From assembly GCF_000143415.4 (NCBI RefSeq), contig NW_003314321.1, positions 816,236 to 880,235 on the forward strand: a stretch of 64,000 nt of DNA. The letters run 5' to 3'. This stretch comes from Selaginella moellendorffii (lineage: Eukaryota > Plantae > Lycopodiophyta). A model generated the notes under the pieces. The model worked only from the letters and a program-made list of their open reading frames with translations, was not told the origin of the DNA and did no database searches. Positions 50,021 to 60,880 of this stretch are shown one piece after another (position 1 is the stretch's first letter; each line of letters begins with the position of its first letter). A program made the translations under genes and the position numbers.

Positions 50021-52039
50021 TTAACGTGCCACCAATGGCCGTTTGGAATGCCGACGTGGACCGCTGCACCTCTCACGAAACGATCGGACGGCCCTCTTGG
50101 CGCCGTACTCAGAGTATATACTGGACAGCACGACGTACGGCATGGGATTCTCCGGGTCCAGCTGGAAGGCCCTCTCCGCCACGTCCCTGCCACGTGTGAC
50201 GTCCACGTGAACCCGGCACGCGAAGAGCAGCGCCATGCACGTCACGAAATCGGCCTCGAAGGGCATGGAATCGACGAGCTGCGCCGCGAAATTGAGCCAT
50301 CCGGATCGACCCAGGAGATCGATCATACACTGGTAGTGTTCTAGAAGTGGAATCTGATCGAAATCGCTGTGAATCGACACGAATTGATCACGCGCTTGGT
50401 CGAGGAGACCAACGCGGCTAAACGTCGAGAGGACGGCCATGAACGTCAGCCCATTGGGCGGGATTCCCTCCAATGTCATAAGCCGGTAGAGCTCGCGCGC
50501 CTCCGTGGCATGCCCACTCTGTGCGCACGCGCCAATCAGCGAGTTCCACGTGGCGGTATCCGGCGTGACTGTGCTCTCAAACGCACACCTGGCCTCCTCC
50601 ACGCTGCCCCATTTTCCGTACATCTCCACCAGCGCATTGCCGATTCCAGCGTCTTGCTCGAGCCCTAGATTCGCGAATGTGGAGTGGACCAATTTCCCCA
50701 ATCCAAGATCGCTGTAGACGATGGATTGATCGAGAACTGTGAGAAACGTTGCCTTATCTGGTTGTAAGCCCTCTAGATCCATGAGCTTGAACATCCGGAT
50801 GGCGTCCATTCCCGCGCCATTCCGGGCATGAGCTGCGATCATGGCCGTCCACGACACCACGTTCTTCTCGGGTATTTTCTGGAATAGAATCTCCGCCTCG
50901 CGAATATGCCCTCTATTGGCATATGCCGTCACCAAGATGTTCCAGACGATGACGTTTCGTTGCGGCATCTGGTCGAACATTGCCCTTGCCTTGGAAAGAT
51001 TCCCAACACGAGAATATCCCAGGACCATGACCGTCCACGTCACCACGTTGGGGCACGGCATCTTCTCGAACAGGGAATGTGCCTGTTGCATATTCCCAAG
51101 CTGGGCATATGCCGTTACGAGGATGGTCCAGGTGATAACGTTTGGATTTGGCATCTTTTGGAACATTTCGAATGCTTGGGCGATCATTCCATGGTGAGCG
51201 AGAGATTCTATTACAATATTCCATGATACGGTGTCACGAAATGGAGTTCCTTTGAACATATCTATTGCCTGATTGATCTCTCCAGCTCGGGCATAGAGCG
51301 TGATCATCGTGTTCCACGACACAGAATCCTTCTTGGGCATCTTATCGAAGAAGTCCACGGCCTGGAGCGGATTCGAAGAATCGCAAAGAGCCGAGAGGAG
51401 AACATTCCATGCGACTTGATCCTTGTGTGGAATCTTTTGGAAGAGTAGCATTGCTAGCTCGATCCGGCCATGCTGGGCCAGGGTTTTGAGCATCACTGTC
51501 CAGGACACAGCATCTCTCACTGCCATTCTCTCGAACAAAAGCATCGCCTCGTGGATATGCCCATTTTGGGCATATGCCGTGAGGAGAATATTCCAGGAGT
51601 GGGAATTTGGAGCTACCAAGGCGTCAAAGACGTGTTGTGCGCGCTCCAGGCATCCACACTTGCCATACATCTCAATGGTGAGATTGGCGAGATAAACATT
51701 CCTCCTATACTTGCTCCTGGCAATGCATACAACCACGCTCTTTCCCTCGGCTAAATCTCTCGACTCTCCGCAAGACTTTAGCAGCGAGGCATACGATTCG
51801 ATTTCTTTGTTCTTGGTCGCCATTTGGCCATGAGCTTTGCTAGAGCGAAGACATGACCACTCGAACTCCCATAATCTTGACAAAGCTACGTCGCAACAAT
51901 GGAAGATCATTAGAGACTCACGAAAAAACGGCATTCTTACCTCGGGAAAATTTGTCCAATGCTTATCAAGGCCAGTTTCGCGATCCAGAAACATCCACTT
52001 GGTGATCCTGGAAACAAGCACCACAAGTAGTTGCAACAA
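50021..52039 (-). CDS. PLS-class PPR protein with E domain (likely start MATKNKE at 51823)
   Basis: Run of 31-aa S-type repeats (VVSWxxMIxAYAxxGxxxxAxxxFxxMP), HYQCMIDLLGRSG, MPFEADFVT, PYVVLSSIY; no DYW. Confidence 0.9.
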   Translation of the reverse strand: MLQLLVVLVSRITKWMFLDRETGLDKHWTNFPEVRMPFFRESLMIFHCCDVALSRLWEFEWSCLRSSKAHGQMATKNKEIESYASLLKSCGESRDLAEGKSVVVCIARSKYRRNVYLANLTIEMYGKCGCLERAQHVFDALVAPNSHSWNILLTAYAQNGHIHEAMLLFERMAVRDAVSWTVMLKTLAQHGRIELAMLLFQKIPHKDQVAWNVLLSALCDSSNPLQAVDFFDKMPKKDSVSWNTMITLYARAGEINQAIDMFKGTPFRDTVSWNIVIESLAHHGMIAQAFEMFQKMPNPNVITWTILVTAYAQLGNMQQAHSLFEKMPCPNVVTWTVMVLGYSRVGNLSKARAMFDQMPQRNVIVWNILVTAYANRGHIREAEILFQKIPEKNVVSWTAMIAAHARNGAGMDAIRMFKLMDLEGLQPDKATFLTVLDQSIVYSDLGLGKLVHSTFANLGLEQDAGIGNALVEMYGKWGSVEEARCAFESTVTPDTATWNSLIGACAQSGHATEARELYRLMTLEGIPPNGLTFMAVLSTFSRVGLLDQARDQFVSIHSDFDQIPLLEHYQCMIDLLGRSGWLNFAAQLVDSMPFEADFVTCMALLFACRVHVDVTRGRDVAERAFQLDPENPMPYVVLSSIYSEYGAKRAVRSFRERCSGPRRHSKRPLVAR

Positions 52040-52080
52040 GCCAGACTATCGCACGTACCGTGAGGAAGAACAACTGAACT

Positions 52081-54242
52081 TTACGTCGTCGATGTTATGT
52101 ATCGAGTTGCAAGCTGTCCAAACACTTCCCCTCGATGCTCAAAGTTGCGAAACTCGTCAAAACTGGCACAAGCTGGGCTGAGAAGAATAATATCTCCTGT
52201 AAAGATGATGAGATGAATAAAGAAAGCGTGCTTCCAGCAATGAATACCTTGTTTGGAGAGTTTCTCAGCTCTAGCTACAGCATCTTCCATGGTCAGGGAA
52301 CGGAAGCACGGGATTGAAACGTTGGCTTCCTTCAACTCTTTCTCAATCTGTTCGCCAAATGCACCGAACTACAATGGGAAAACGTGAGTAGCATGGACAC
52401 AGTTTTCCCGAGGCTTACTGTGACGATGGCCCTGTGATTTTGTAGGAGATCGCTTAGTTTCTTGAATCCAAGGCTTCCATCCTGATCAAGGACCTGCGAG
52501 CAAGAGAAATGACATGAGACGTTGTCACAGTTTTTAAAGTAGTTTTTAACTTACCTTTGCGAGACCTCCGAGGAGTATAACAGCTTTTCGATCGGCGAGG
52601 CCTTTGATGCCCGTGTAAGCTGCATCCACATTTGTGGCCTTGCTGTCGTTGATCCACAAAACACCTTTCTTGTCTTGTCCAACTAGAAGAACAAGCAATG
52701 AGAAACACAAAAAATGGAAAGCATACCAATTTGCATCCGATGAGGTAAAGGTGTGAGTTGTCCAATCGCTGCCTGTAGTTTGTGCTCGTCGACACCAACG
52801 TCCAGCGCGAGAGAGAGCAAGGAAGCAGTCGCAGCATTCTGAGCATTGTGGGAACCAACAGCTTTCAATCCACTGAGATATAATCGGGCTTCAGCTTTCG
52901 TTGTTGGAACCACCACGACGGCTCGCCTTGCCTGGCTATCAAGCTGAGAAATGAGAAGACAAATTAGCACAACTTAGCAGCACATCGAAAGAGAAATACG
53001 GAATAAAAAACCGGAACACCTGAATGCCAGGGAGTGCTCCAAGCCAGGCCTTGGTGCTGCCACTGTTATACTTATATGCAACCTTTCTCAGGAACTCGTC
53101 TGCTGTGGAAAACTCATGTCAACATGGAAAGTATTAAAGACACCATAGTTATATCGATTTCAATGTCCAGACGCAAGAAAGTCTTACCATGAGGAATGAT
53201 GGATAACTTCGAGGAATCCATACGCTCAAACAGCCGGCACTTTGTCTCGCCATAGTTTTCCATGCTCTTGTGGCGCTCCAAGTGGTCGGGCGACAAGTTA
53301 AGAATCACGCCAACCTGCGCATCACAAAACAGTAAAAACTCAAAATGCAAGGAAGGGCGGTACTCACAGACGGGGAAAAAGATCCCGGAAGCTCCAGTTG
53401 ATAGCTGCTAACTTCTAAAACCGCTGCCTGGAGTTAGCCACCGTATGAAGAAACGATACCAAAAACTTCAAGCACTTACCTGGTAAGGAGGATCGTCGGA
53501 AGGGAACTTAAAACACTCGCATGCAGCATCAGAGAATGGTGTCCCGAGATTTCCTCCTATGAAAGTCCGCACTCCAGCTTGCTGCAAAATCTATTCCACC
53601 ACGAAATCTGTGCTATGGACAAGAGGAGATAAAAAGCGAGCAACAACCAACTTTACCTGACCAGTAAAGGTCGTGACCGTAGATTTTCCGTTGGTGCCTG
53701 TCACAGCAGCAATTTTCACAGCTTTCGGGAACGCTTCAGCAGCAAGTCCGAGCTCCGAGATCGTTGGAATGCCCTGGAAATATTTTTTTCTAGGAGCTCC
53801 GTTGATACTCAAAAAACGAACTTACCGAGTCCATGGCATAGGCGAGAATGGGCTCGCTAAGTGGAACTCCTGGCGAGACAACAATTCTGGAAGCACTGAG
53901 GAACGTTTCCAGTTGATGAGGACCGAGCTCGGTGCTGACCCGATCCATTTCATAGCCATGGAATGCAGGATCTTCCTTGAAAGAAAAAAATTTCTAGCAC
54001 GAGAAAACAAAACTCCACTTTACCTTGAGAGGCGCAAGCTTGTCATTCTTGTCCACGGCAATGACACTGGCTCCACGAAGCAGGGCAAGCCTGATCGCAG
54101 CCCTGCCGGAGGAACCCAATCCAACCACCTGTGAGAGGCGAAGGAATGTGAATCCATATGAAGCAATGCTTACCACAACGCGCTTGCCGGAGAGATCGAG
54201 CCGAGCGCTAGGCGCGCAGCAAAGCCATGGCGCTGTAGCCAT
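52081..54242 (-). CDS. murD: MurD, copy 2, multi-exon
   Basis: Same exon structure and motifs as copy 1 with a few substitutions (APWLCC vs APVLCC, ELGLAA vs ELGFAA); no disabling change seen. Confidence 0.92.
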
Positions 54243-55391
54243 AATAAACCCAAATATAAGGTTTTGCCAACAGTGATCATTTGGAATTTGATTGAATTTA
54301 GAGGAAAGTTTCATTTTATCAAAGTTTTCATTGATGCACCTTGACCGAGAACAAACTGTGCTATAGTGTAAGCATTCATAGAAACACTGCCAGCTCCTAT
54401 GGTGTGCCCTTCATTAAGGGTGGATGTTTTTGTGGTGGATTTCACTCACAATGTGGCATTTTTCTATTGGTTTGTCATTAAATTTCAATCTCATTGCAAT
54501 GGATGCACCATGAATGCTGGCCTAATGGGTCGATGATGTTCCCATAATATGAACATTGTGCTATACATAGATGCCATATATCGGGATTCATCGGGTTTTC
54601 TGCATAAGTACCATATAAGGGATTTACAAGGATATATAATTCTTCTCAGCCCCTAAATAAATAAATTAGATTCCCGCTTGGACGGCTGGGATAAAAGCTA
54701 GGCTTTCTACAACCCGTTCGTGGGGTAAGGTCCACCCTGGGCCCTTTACACTGTTCTCTCATTCCCTTCTCATTTTCTCTTTCTCCCTTACCGGGACGCC
54801 GCCTATTCCCGATCGATCGAGCGATGGCGCAAGCAAGCAATGCAGCGATTGCTAGCCGTTTCTCGAGCTCTAGATAGGAGAAATCTCATCGTCCATTGTC
54901 CCGTAGCACAGCTAGAGGGCTGCGTCACAGGGTTTAGGCGCTCGTTGCTCGCCAAGCAAACGGGAAAGGCAGATTGATCCAGCGCGCAATCGCAAGCGTC
55001 GGGAGGGGGCGCAATGCTCGTTGCCGGCGGCATTCCAGGCCATCGACAAATCCCATCGCCATTCATCGGTTTCTTGGGAGAAATATCGATCCAGGAGCTG
55101 CATCGTCTCTCTGGATCTGCTGTTCATCGTCTAGGTCTCTTCGGGCGAGGATTTCTCTGCGATTTCTCCCCTACGCTGCGGTTTGACCTCGAAATATTTG
55201 TCTATGTGCTACAGGAGGGCGCCTTGATCCATCCGGACGCCTCTCTCTGTCGCTGATGGAATAGTCGATCGATCGATACCAATCATCGCCAGGTTCGTTG
55301 CCAGGAAAGGGAGAAAGGGTTACTTTAGAACAGGAAGGTAGGCCTACAGGAATTTAGAACAGGGAAGGAAGTAGACAAGGAAAAAGAAGAA

Positions 55392-56534
55392 ATGGGTAAC
55401 CAGAGCAGCCGGTCACTCTCGCCAGGAGAAAGTTTGAGCAGCATAGATCTCAGCGAGTACGAGAGAGTATGTGCCATGGATCCAGACGTGAGAAAATTTG
55501 GGGATGGGCTCAAGGAACGAACAGAGAGGGTGCTCCAGAGCATGGCGGCCGGGGTGGACGAGAGGGGACTTTCATTCCAGTCGTTAAAGGATGTGACCAC
55601 CAGCTTTTTAGAGCTCGACCAGGAGGTTGTGAACGTAATTCTCAACTACAAGAAGGACGTGTGGGCAAGCGACTCGCTGTTTGAGCTGGTCAAGGACTAC
55701 TTCGACAACAGCATGGCTACGCTAGACTTTTGCGAGGAGCTAAACAAGTGTATCAAACAGGCCAGGGAGAACCAGATGTCGATCCAGGTAGCGATCAACA
55801 TGATGCCCAACGAAGGAGATCCAAGCGAGGAGCAGTGCCAGGCAATTCTCAAAGAGCTCAACCAGTACGTGGACGCCGGCAACCCCTTCACGGACGAGTT
55901 CATGGAGAAGTTCCAGATCGTCTACCAGAGGCAGATGGAGCTGCAGAGAAAGCTTCAGGCGAAGAAGAAGTCGCTGGACAGGAAGCTGCGGTATGTCCGC
56001 GGCTGGACGAAGGTGTCGACGATCATCTACGCTGCGACTTGCGCGGCGCTGGTGATCTGTGCGGTGGTGGCGGCGGTGATGACAGTCCCAGCGATCGTAG
56101 GGGCGGTGGCAGCGGTATCGTCGATGCCACTCGAGACCCTGGGAAGATGGATCAAGTCCTTCCTCACCAAGTACGAGAAGGAGCTCCAGGCACGCCGGGA
56201 TCTGATGAGAGAAGCGAACTTGAAGACGTTTGTGACGATCAAGGAGATGGACACGATACGAGCGCTCATCAACAGCCTCAGCAACTCCATGGAATCGATC
56301 GTCCACTGCATACAGTTTGGGCAGAGGCACGCGGACGGCTTTGGCATGCATCTGGTGGTGGAGCAGCTCAAGAGCCGGCAGAGCGCATTCATCCGGGATC
56401 TGGACGAACTGGAGGAGCACGTCGATCGCTGCAGCAGGGACATCCGGAGGGCCAGATTGGTGGTTCTTCGCCGGATCGTCAAGAAGAGATCCGGGAGAAT
56501 TGGTTTTCAGCTCTGCTTTTGCTCGCCAGGATGA
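55392..56534 (+). CDS. DUF677/UPF0496 family protein (copy 3), 380 aa, altered C-terminus
   Basis: Near-identical to copy 2 up to KKRS, then GRIGFQLCFCSPG* instead of KSL*. Confidence 0.85.
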   Translation: MGNQSSRSLSPGESLSSIDLSEYERVCAMDPDVRKFGDGLKERTERVLQSMAAGVDERGLSFQSLKDVTTSFLELDQEVVNVILNYKKDVWASDSLFELVKDYFDNSMATLDFCEELNKCIKQARENQMSIQVAINMMPNEGDPSEEQCQAILKELNQYVDAGNPFTDEFMEKFQIVYQRQMELQRKLQAKKKSLDRKLRYVRGWTKVSTIIYAATCAALVICAVVAAVMTVPAIVGAVAAVSSMPLETLGRWIKSFLTKYEKELQARRDLMREANLKTFVTIKEMDTIRALINSLSNSMESIVHCIQFGQRHADGFGMHLVVEQLKSRQSAFIRDLDELEEHVDRCSRDIRRARLVVLRRIVKKRSGRIGFQLCFCSPG

Positions 56535-56704
56535 TCGTTTGAAGCAGCTTCTCCATCCTCCAAAGTTGGGGAGAAAACAAAAAAACATTGATTCATTGTA
56601 TATATATTGGTCAACAGTTAGGTCAATAGTTTAAAATTTTCATAGTTAGCCCTACGGTCATGGAAACTCACAACTTTGGGTCGATTTAAAATGGGTCAAA
56701 GCCC

Positions 56705-58861
56705 ATGCTAGGGCGAGGAGGATGGAGGAGGAGATGGAGCATCTCTGGCCACCGCCATTGCAGCACAGGCAACGCTGGCAACAAGGTGAGCACATCGATT
56801 CTCCTCTCGCGCCTCAAGGCGTGCACCAGCTCCGGCGACATCAAGGCTGGGCGGATCCTCCACGCCCGGGCCAAGAGCAGCGGCGACGATGCCAACATCC
56901 ACGTCGCCACCGCGCTCGTCAATCTCTACTGCAAATCCGGCTGCCTGGCCGAGGCTCGATCGGTCTTTGAGGCAATGCCGGCCAAGAGCACCGTCGCCTC
57001 CACGGCGCTCATGCTGGGATACATCGAGGGCGACCAATCCGGCGTGGCAATGGAGCTCTTCTCGCGGATGATCATTGGCGGCTGCGATCCAGACGCGAGA
57101 GCTTTCGTGGCGGCGCTGAAGGCCTGCGCTGGATTCGCGAGCTCCTCCAAAGACAGCACGCTGGAGAGGGGATTGGAGATTCACAGGGAGGCTTCCAGGC
57201 GTGGCTACGCGGGGGATATCTTCGTCGCCAACACTGCTATGGATCTCTTCTCGCGCTGCGGTGGTATGGTGGAAGCCAAGAGAGTTTTCGATGGCATCGC
57301 GTCTTTGTCCAGGAATGTGGTCTCGTGGACGGTGCTTGTAGCTGGCTATGCCGAGAATGGATGCGGCGAGGCTGGACTGGAAGTCTTCTCGAGGATGATG
57401 AGCGATCCAGCAAGAATTCGTCCGGACGCACTTACTTTCGTGGCTGCTGTGAAGTCCGTGACGAGCATGGCAGTGGCACTCACGAAAAAAGCTTCCAGCT
57501 CCAAGAACTTCTCATCGAAGGTGTTGGTTTTGGAGAAGGGGATGGAAATCCACTTGATGGCTGCCAAGGCTGGAGTGGACTCACACTTGGTTCTTTCCAA
57601 CTCGCTCGTGGATATGTATTCCAAGTGTGGGGATCTGGCTGGAGCTGTGCGCGTTTTCGAAAAGATGGCCGAGCACAGCGTGGTTTCCTGGACTTCTCTG
57701 GTGCTGGGATTCGTCGACAATGGCGAAGACGAGCTCGCGCTGGAACTATTCGACGCGATGACGCGGGTGGAAGGCTGTGTCCCCGACGCTCCTTCGATCG
57801 TTGCTGCTCTCAAAGCTTGCGCGAGTGCAGCGGCGAAAGAGGAAGGAAGAACTTTGCCGGGAGTGAAGGTGGTGGTGAAGCTCGAGGCTTTGGAGAGATC
57901 AATGGCGATTCATTCGCAGGCTGCTCGGTCGAGGAACCTGGATCGAGATGTCCGTGTTGGAAACATGCTGGTGGATCTGTATGCCAAGTGTGGCAGCGTT
58001 TTGGATTCCCGGAGAGTCTTCGACGTGGAGATGAGGCACAGGGACGTGGTTTCGTGGAACTCTTTGATGATGGGATACGCAGACTGTGGAGAGGGAGAGA
58101 TGGCACTGGAGCTCTTCTCGTGCTTGGACTCCCAGGGCTGCGAGCACGACGTCTTGAGCTTCGTGGCTGCTCTCAAGGCTTGCAGTAGCACCACAGCACT
58201 GGAATCCGCCAAGAAGATCCATGCCAGAGTTCTCAGCTGCGAGGAATCGATCGAGCCGAGCGACCTGTCAGTGGTCAAGAACTGCCTGCTGGATGTCTAC
58301 GGAAAATGCGGGAGCATGGTCGACGCTCAGATCGTTTTTGATTCGCTGGAGACGAGAAGCTCGCTCAACTGGAGCTCGGTGGTGGCAGGATATGGCCGCA
58401 AGGGAGACGCTCGCTGGGTTTTCGAGATGTTTGACAAGATGGTCGAGGAAGGCTGGGTTCCAGACAGAGTTTCGTGCCTTTCAGTGCTTACAGCGTGCAG
58501 TCACGCCGGATTGATCGACAGGGGGAAGAAGTTTTTCCAGAGAATGAGCTCGCAGTGGAGAGTAAGCTTGTCTCTAGAGCACTACCGCTGCGTGATTGAT
58601 ATGCTGGGGCGAGCGAACGAGCTCGAGCAAGCGTTGGCTATGGTGGAGAGGATGGAGTTTAGAGCCGATGCTTTGACGTGGAGAACAGTGTTGGGAGCTT
58701 GTTGGAAGTGGAAGAATGCTGTGGTGGGAAGAAGAGTGTTTGAGGAGCTTGTGAAGCTGGATAAAAGAGACTATGCTGCTTATGTTCTTATGGGAAATAT
58801 TTATGGAAGCCTGGGAATGAGGGATGAGCAGGCATTAGTGGAGAGGATGAAAACCTCTTAA
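56705..58861 (+). CDS. PLS-class PPR protein with E domain, intronless, 718 aa
   Basis: Repeated NxLVDMYxKCG / VVSWTxLxxGY / PDxxxFVAALKAC triplets with long L-motif insertions; EHYRCVIDMLGRA, LTWRTVLGAC, AYVLMGNIY. Confidence 0.92.
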   Translation: MLGRGGWRRRWSISGHRHCSTGNAGNKVSTSILLSRLKACTSSGDIKAGRILHARAKSSGDDANIHVATALVNLYCKSGCLAEARSVFEAMPAKSTVASTALMLGYIEGDQSGVAMELFSRMIIGGCDPDARAFVAALKACAGFASSSKDSTLERGLEIHREASRRGYAGDIFVANTAMDLFSRCGGMVEAKRVFDGIASLSRNVVSWTVLVAGYAENGCGEAGLEVFSRMMSDPARIRPDALTFVAAVKSVTSMAVALTKKASSSKNFSSKVLVLEKGMEIHLMAAKAGVDSHLVLSNSLVDMYSKCGDLAGAVRVFEKMAEHSVVSWTSLVLGFVDNGEDELALELFDAMTRVEGCVPDAPSIVAALKACASAAAKEEGRTLPGVKVVVKLEALERSMAIHSQAARSRNLDRDVRVGNMLVDLYAKCGSVLDSRRVFDVEMRHRDVVSWNSLMMGYADCGEGEMALELFSCLDSQGCEHDVLSFVAALKACSSTTALESAKKIHARVLSCEESIEPSDLSVVKNCLLDVYGKCGSMVDAQIVFDSLETRSSLNWSSVVAGYGRKGDARWVFEMFDKMVEEGWVPDRVSCLSVLTACSHAGLIDRGKKFFQRMSSQWRVSLSLEHYRCVIDMLGRANELEQALAMVERMEFRADALTWRTVLGACWKWKNAVVGRRVFEELVKLDKRDYAAYVLMGNIYGSLGMRDEQALVERMKTS

Positions 58862-59599
58862 AAACAAGTAAGAAGTCACCTTGCATGGTTGCAACTCGTG
58901 AAAGAAAAAGGCATGTAGATGGGAGAGTATGAATAGATGATAAGAGTTGAGATGCTAAAGAGAAAATTGATGGAAGAACAGATGAAAAAGGAGACGAGAA
59001 TAGGAATACAGTGTGAAGTTTGAAAACATAAAGTAAAAAAGGGAAAAACTGAGAAAATGGAAAAAGAAAAAAATGACAAAAGCTAAAGTTACTAAACTTG
59101 AAAACTAATATTGCTTTGTAAATACCTTTGGCTGATCACGGTTGTGCAACAATATGCTCGAGCAGCTGAAGCAAATCTATGGAGCTGCTACAAGTGATCC
59201 TAGGAAAGGATTCTTCTGCCGCTTTCCAGGCTTCGTTCGGCATCTCGATCCACTTCCAGAGCGCTGGAACGTAAGAAGTTGCTGGTTTGTTCATGCATTT
59301 GCAGGAAGAAGACTTTGGTTGACGATCTCGCGTCTGTTGTCAATTGGGATAACGTTGCCCCCGCTGCGTAGGGAGAAGACTTAAACCTGCGAGGTACATC
59401 ATGCCATGTTTGCGAGGAGGGGAGCTCACGCGACGCGACGGTGGAGACCGTCGTGCCGTGTCGCGAGAAGCTCGGGGTTGCTCAGCCTGGTCGACACCAT
59501 CCTGGCGTTCATGTGTCTTGAACTCCTGCAATCACTCCATACGCCTAGACTGCGCATCGTTAGGATGACTTTGGAGAATGGTCGAGCAGGGAGTGTTAC

Positions 59600-59870
59600 C
59601 CGATGAGATCACGTAATCAAGGAATGACTTCCAAGGCCGTCTCCCAAGGATTTGTGGTGCTAGAGCTTGCATCACAGTTGCGAACTCGCTCATCAATCGT
59701 GCAAGCTCTTGTTTTCTTGGCAGATGACACTGTCCAACGTCTTGAGCGCATGTTCGTTGCTCATGCTCGTGTGCGTTGCTTGTGGATATCAACTGATGTT
59801 GGCGGCTGTAATTCTCTCATGAGCATGTATAGCAAGAGATCACGTTGCTTGGACTGCAACAGTCACTGAT
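59600..59870 (+). pseudogene. Possible decayed PPR fragment
   Basis: AHARVRCLWISTDVGGCNSLMSMYSK resembles PLS L/S motifs. Confidence 0.3.
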
Positions 59871-59960
59871 CGTCATCACTTACAGTTAGAACTTTTTAGT
59901 TGGGATGTAAATGGATGATTGGAAAAGTGTGTGAAAAATTATTGCTTTCCCATTATCAGT

Positions 59961-60345
59961 TCAGAGTTCAAATGAAAAGAGATGAGAAGAAGGAATATAT
60001 TGCCATGAAAAGTTTCCAGGCACCCCGTCAATGTTCTCGAGCGACAGGAGTGGCTTGATATCACTGAAGTGCTCGTGAAGAAACCCGAACTGCATAGTTT
60101 TCTCCCGCTCCTTCTCGTCGATCTTCTCGGGAAGCTCCAACTTCACGTAATACTCCACCCCGGGTATCACAACCTTGCGTAACACGTCCTCCGTCATGAT
60201 CTTCCACACACCATAGCTGGGAAGAATGTAAGCGATGATCGTGTCCGGCGGTACATGGCCATCGCGCTCCTTGATCTTTGTCTGTCTAGTCCTCGTCTTT
60301 CCTTTTATTTCTTCCAGTTGCCACTCTAAAGGGACTCCAAGGGCT
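59961..60345 (-). other. Unidentified coding-like segment
   Basis: Stop-free frame ...EWQLEEIKGKTRTRQTKIKERDGHVPPDTIIAYILPSYGVWKIMTEDVLRKVVIPGVEYYVKLELPEK...; start not resolved. Confidence 0.3.
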
Positions 60346-60880
60346 CATGAAGCTAGATGGTCTTCCAAACAATGAAGTGAAATGAAACGGAGGAGTTTCG
60401 TCTAGAGTCGATTCGATCCAGGACTGGAAATTCTTTTGATTTGGATCGAGCAGAAGTACGAAGAACCCAGATCCAAGGTTTTGTATGAAACTCCTATCTT
60501 GTGTGGTTCCATGGTTGTATGGTTGTGTATTCGATTTGATAATGTGTGTAGAGAATTCTAGAGATGTGATGTTATAACACACACACAAATTTCCAGCCGT
60601 TGCTATATTCTTTTTTCCTTAATTTTTGTGTGGTGGCGTGAGAGGGTGAAGCCAAGGTCGCGGGTACGATCCTCTTGTCTGACACTCGCCCTAAGTTCTT
60701 CCATTCTTTCTTCTTCTCTCTCCAGGCGGCAGGGCTCCTCCTCCCGGGATCGTGGATGCGGCTCCTCCAGCAGTGAGATTCTCGGATTTTTGCCGCGGCG
60801 CATCCTGGCGGGATGTGAGAATTTTTCTCGCTTCTCGATCGATCGACAGGAATGCCGCTCCGGACGAATGAGGCTGGGAA

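Larger units (their letters stand above)
47884..56654. repeat. Inverted duplication: arms about 47884-49935 and 54670-56654 enclosing PPR + murD copy 2
   Basis: The DUF677 CDS plus about 700 bp of upstream DNA is present as reverse complements. Confidence 0.88.

Noticed and set aside
50021-58861. DYW deaminase editing factors
   Set aside because: Both PPR proteins end after the E region; no HxE...CxxC or DYW terminus is present.
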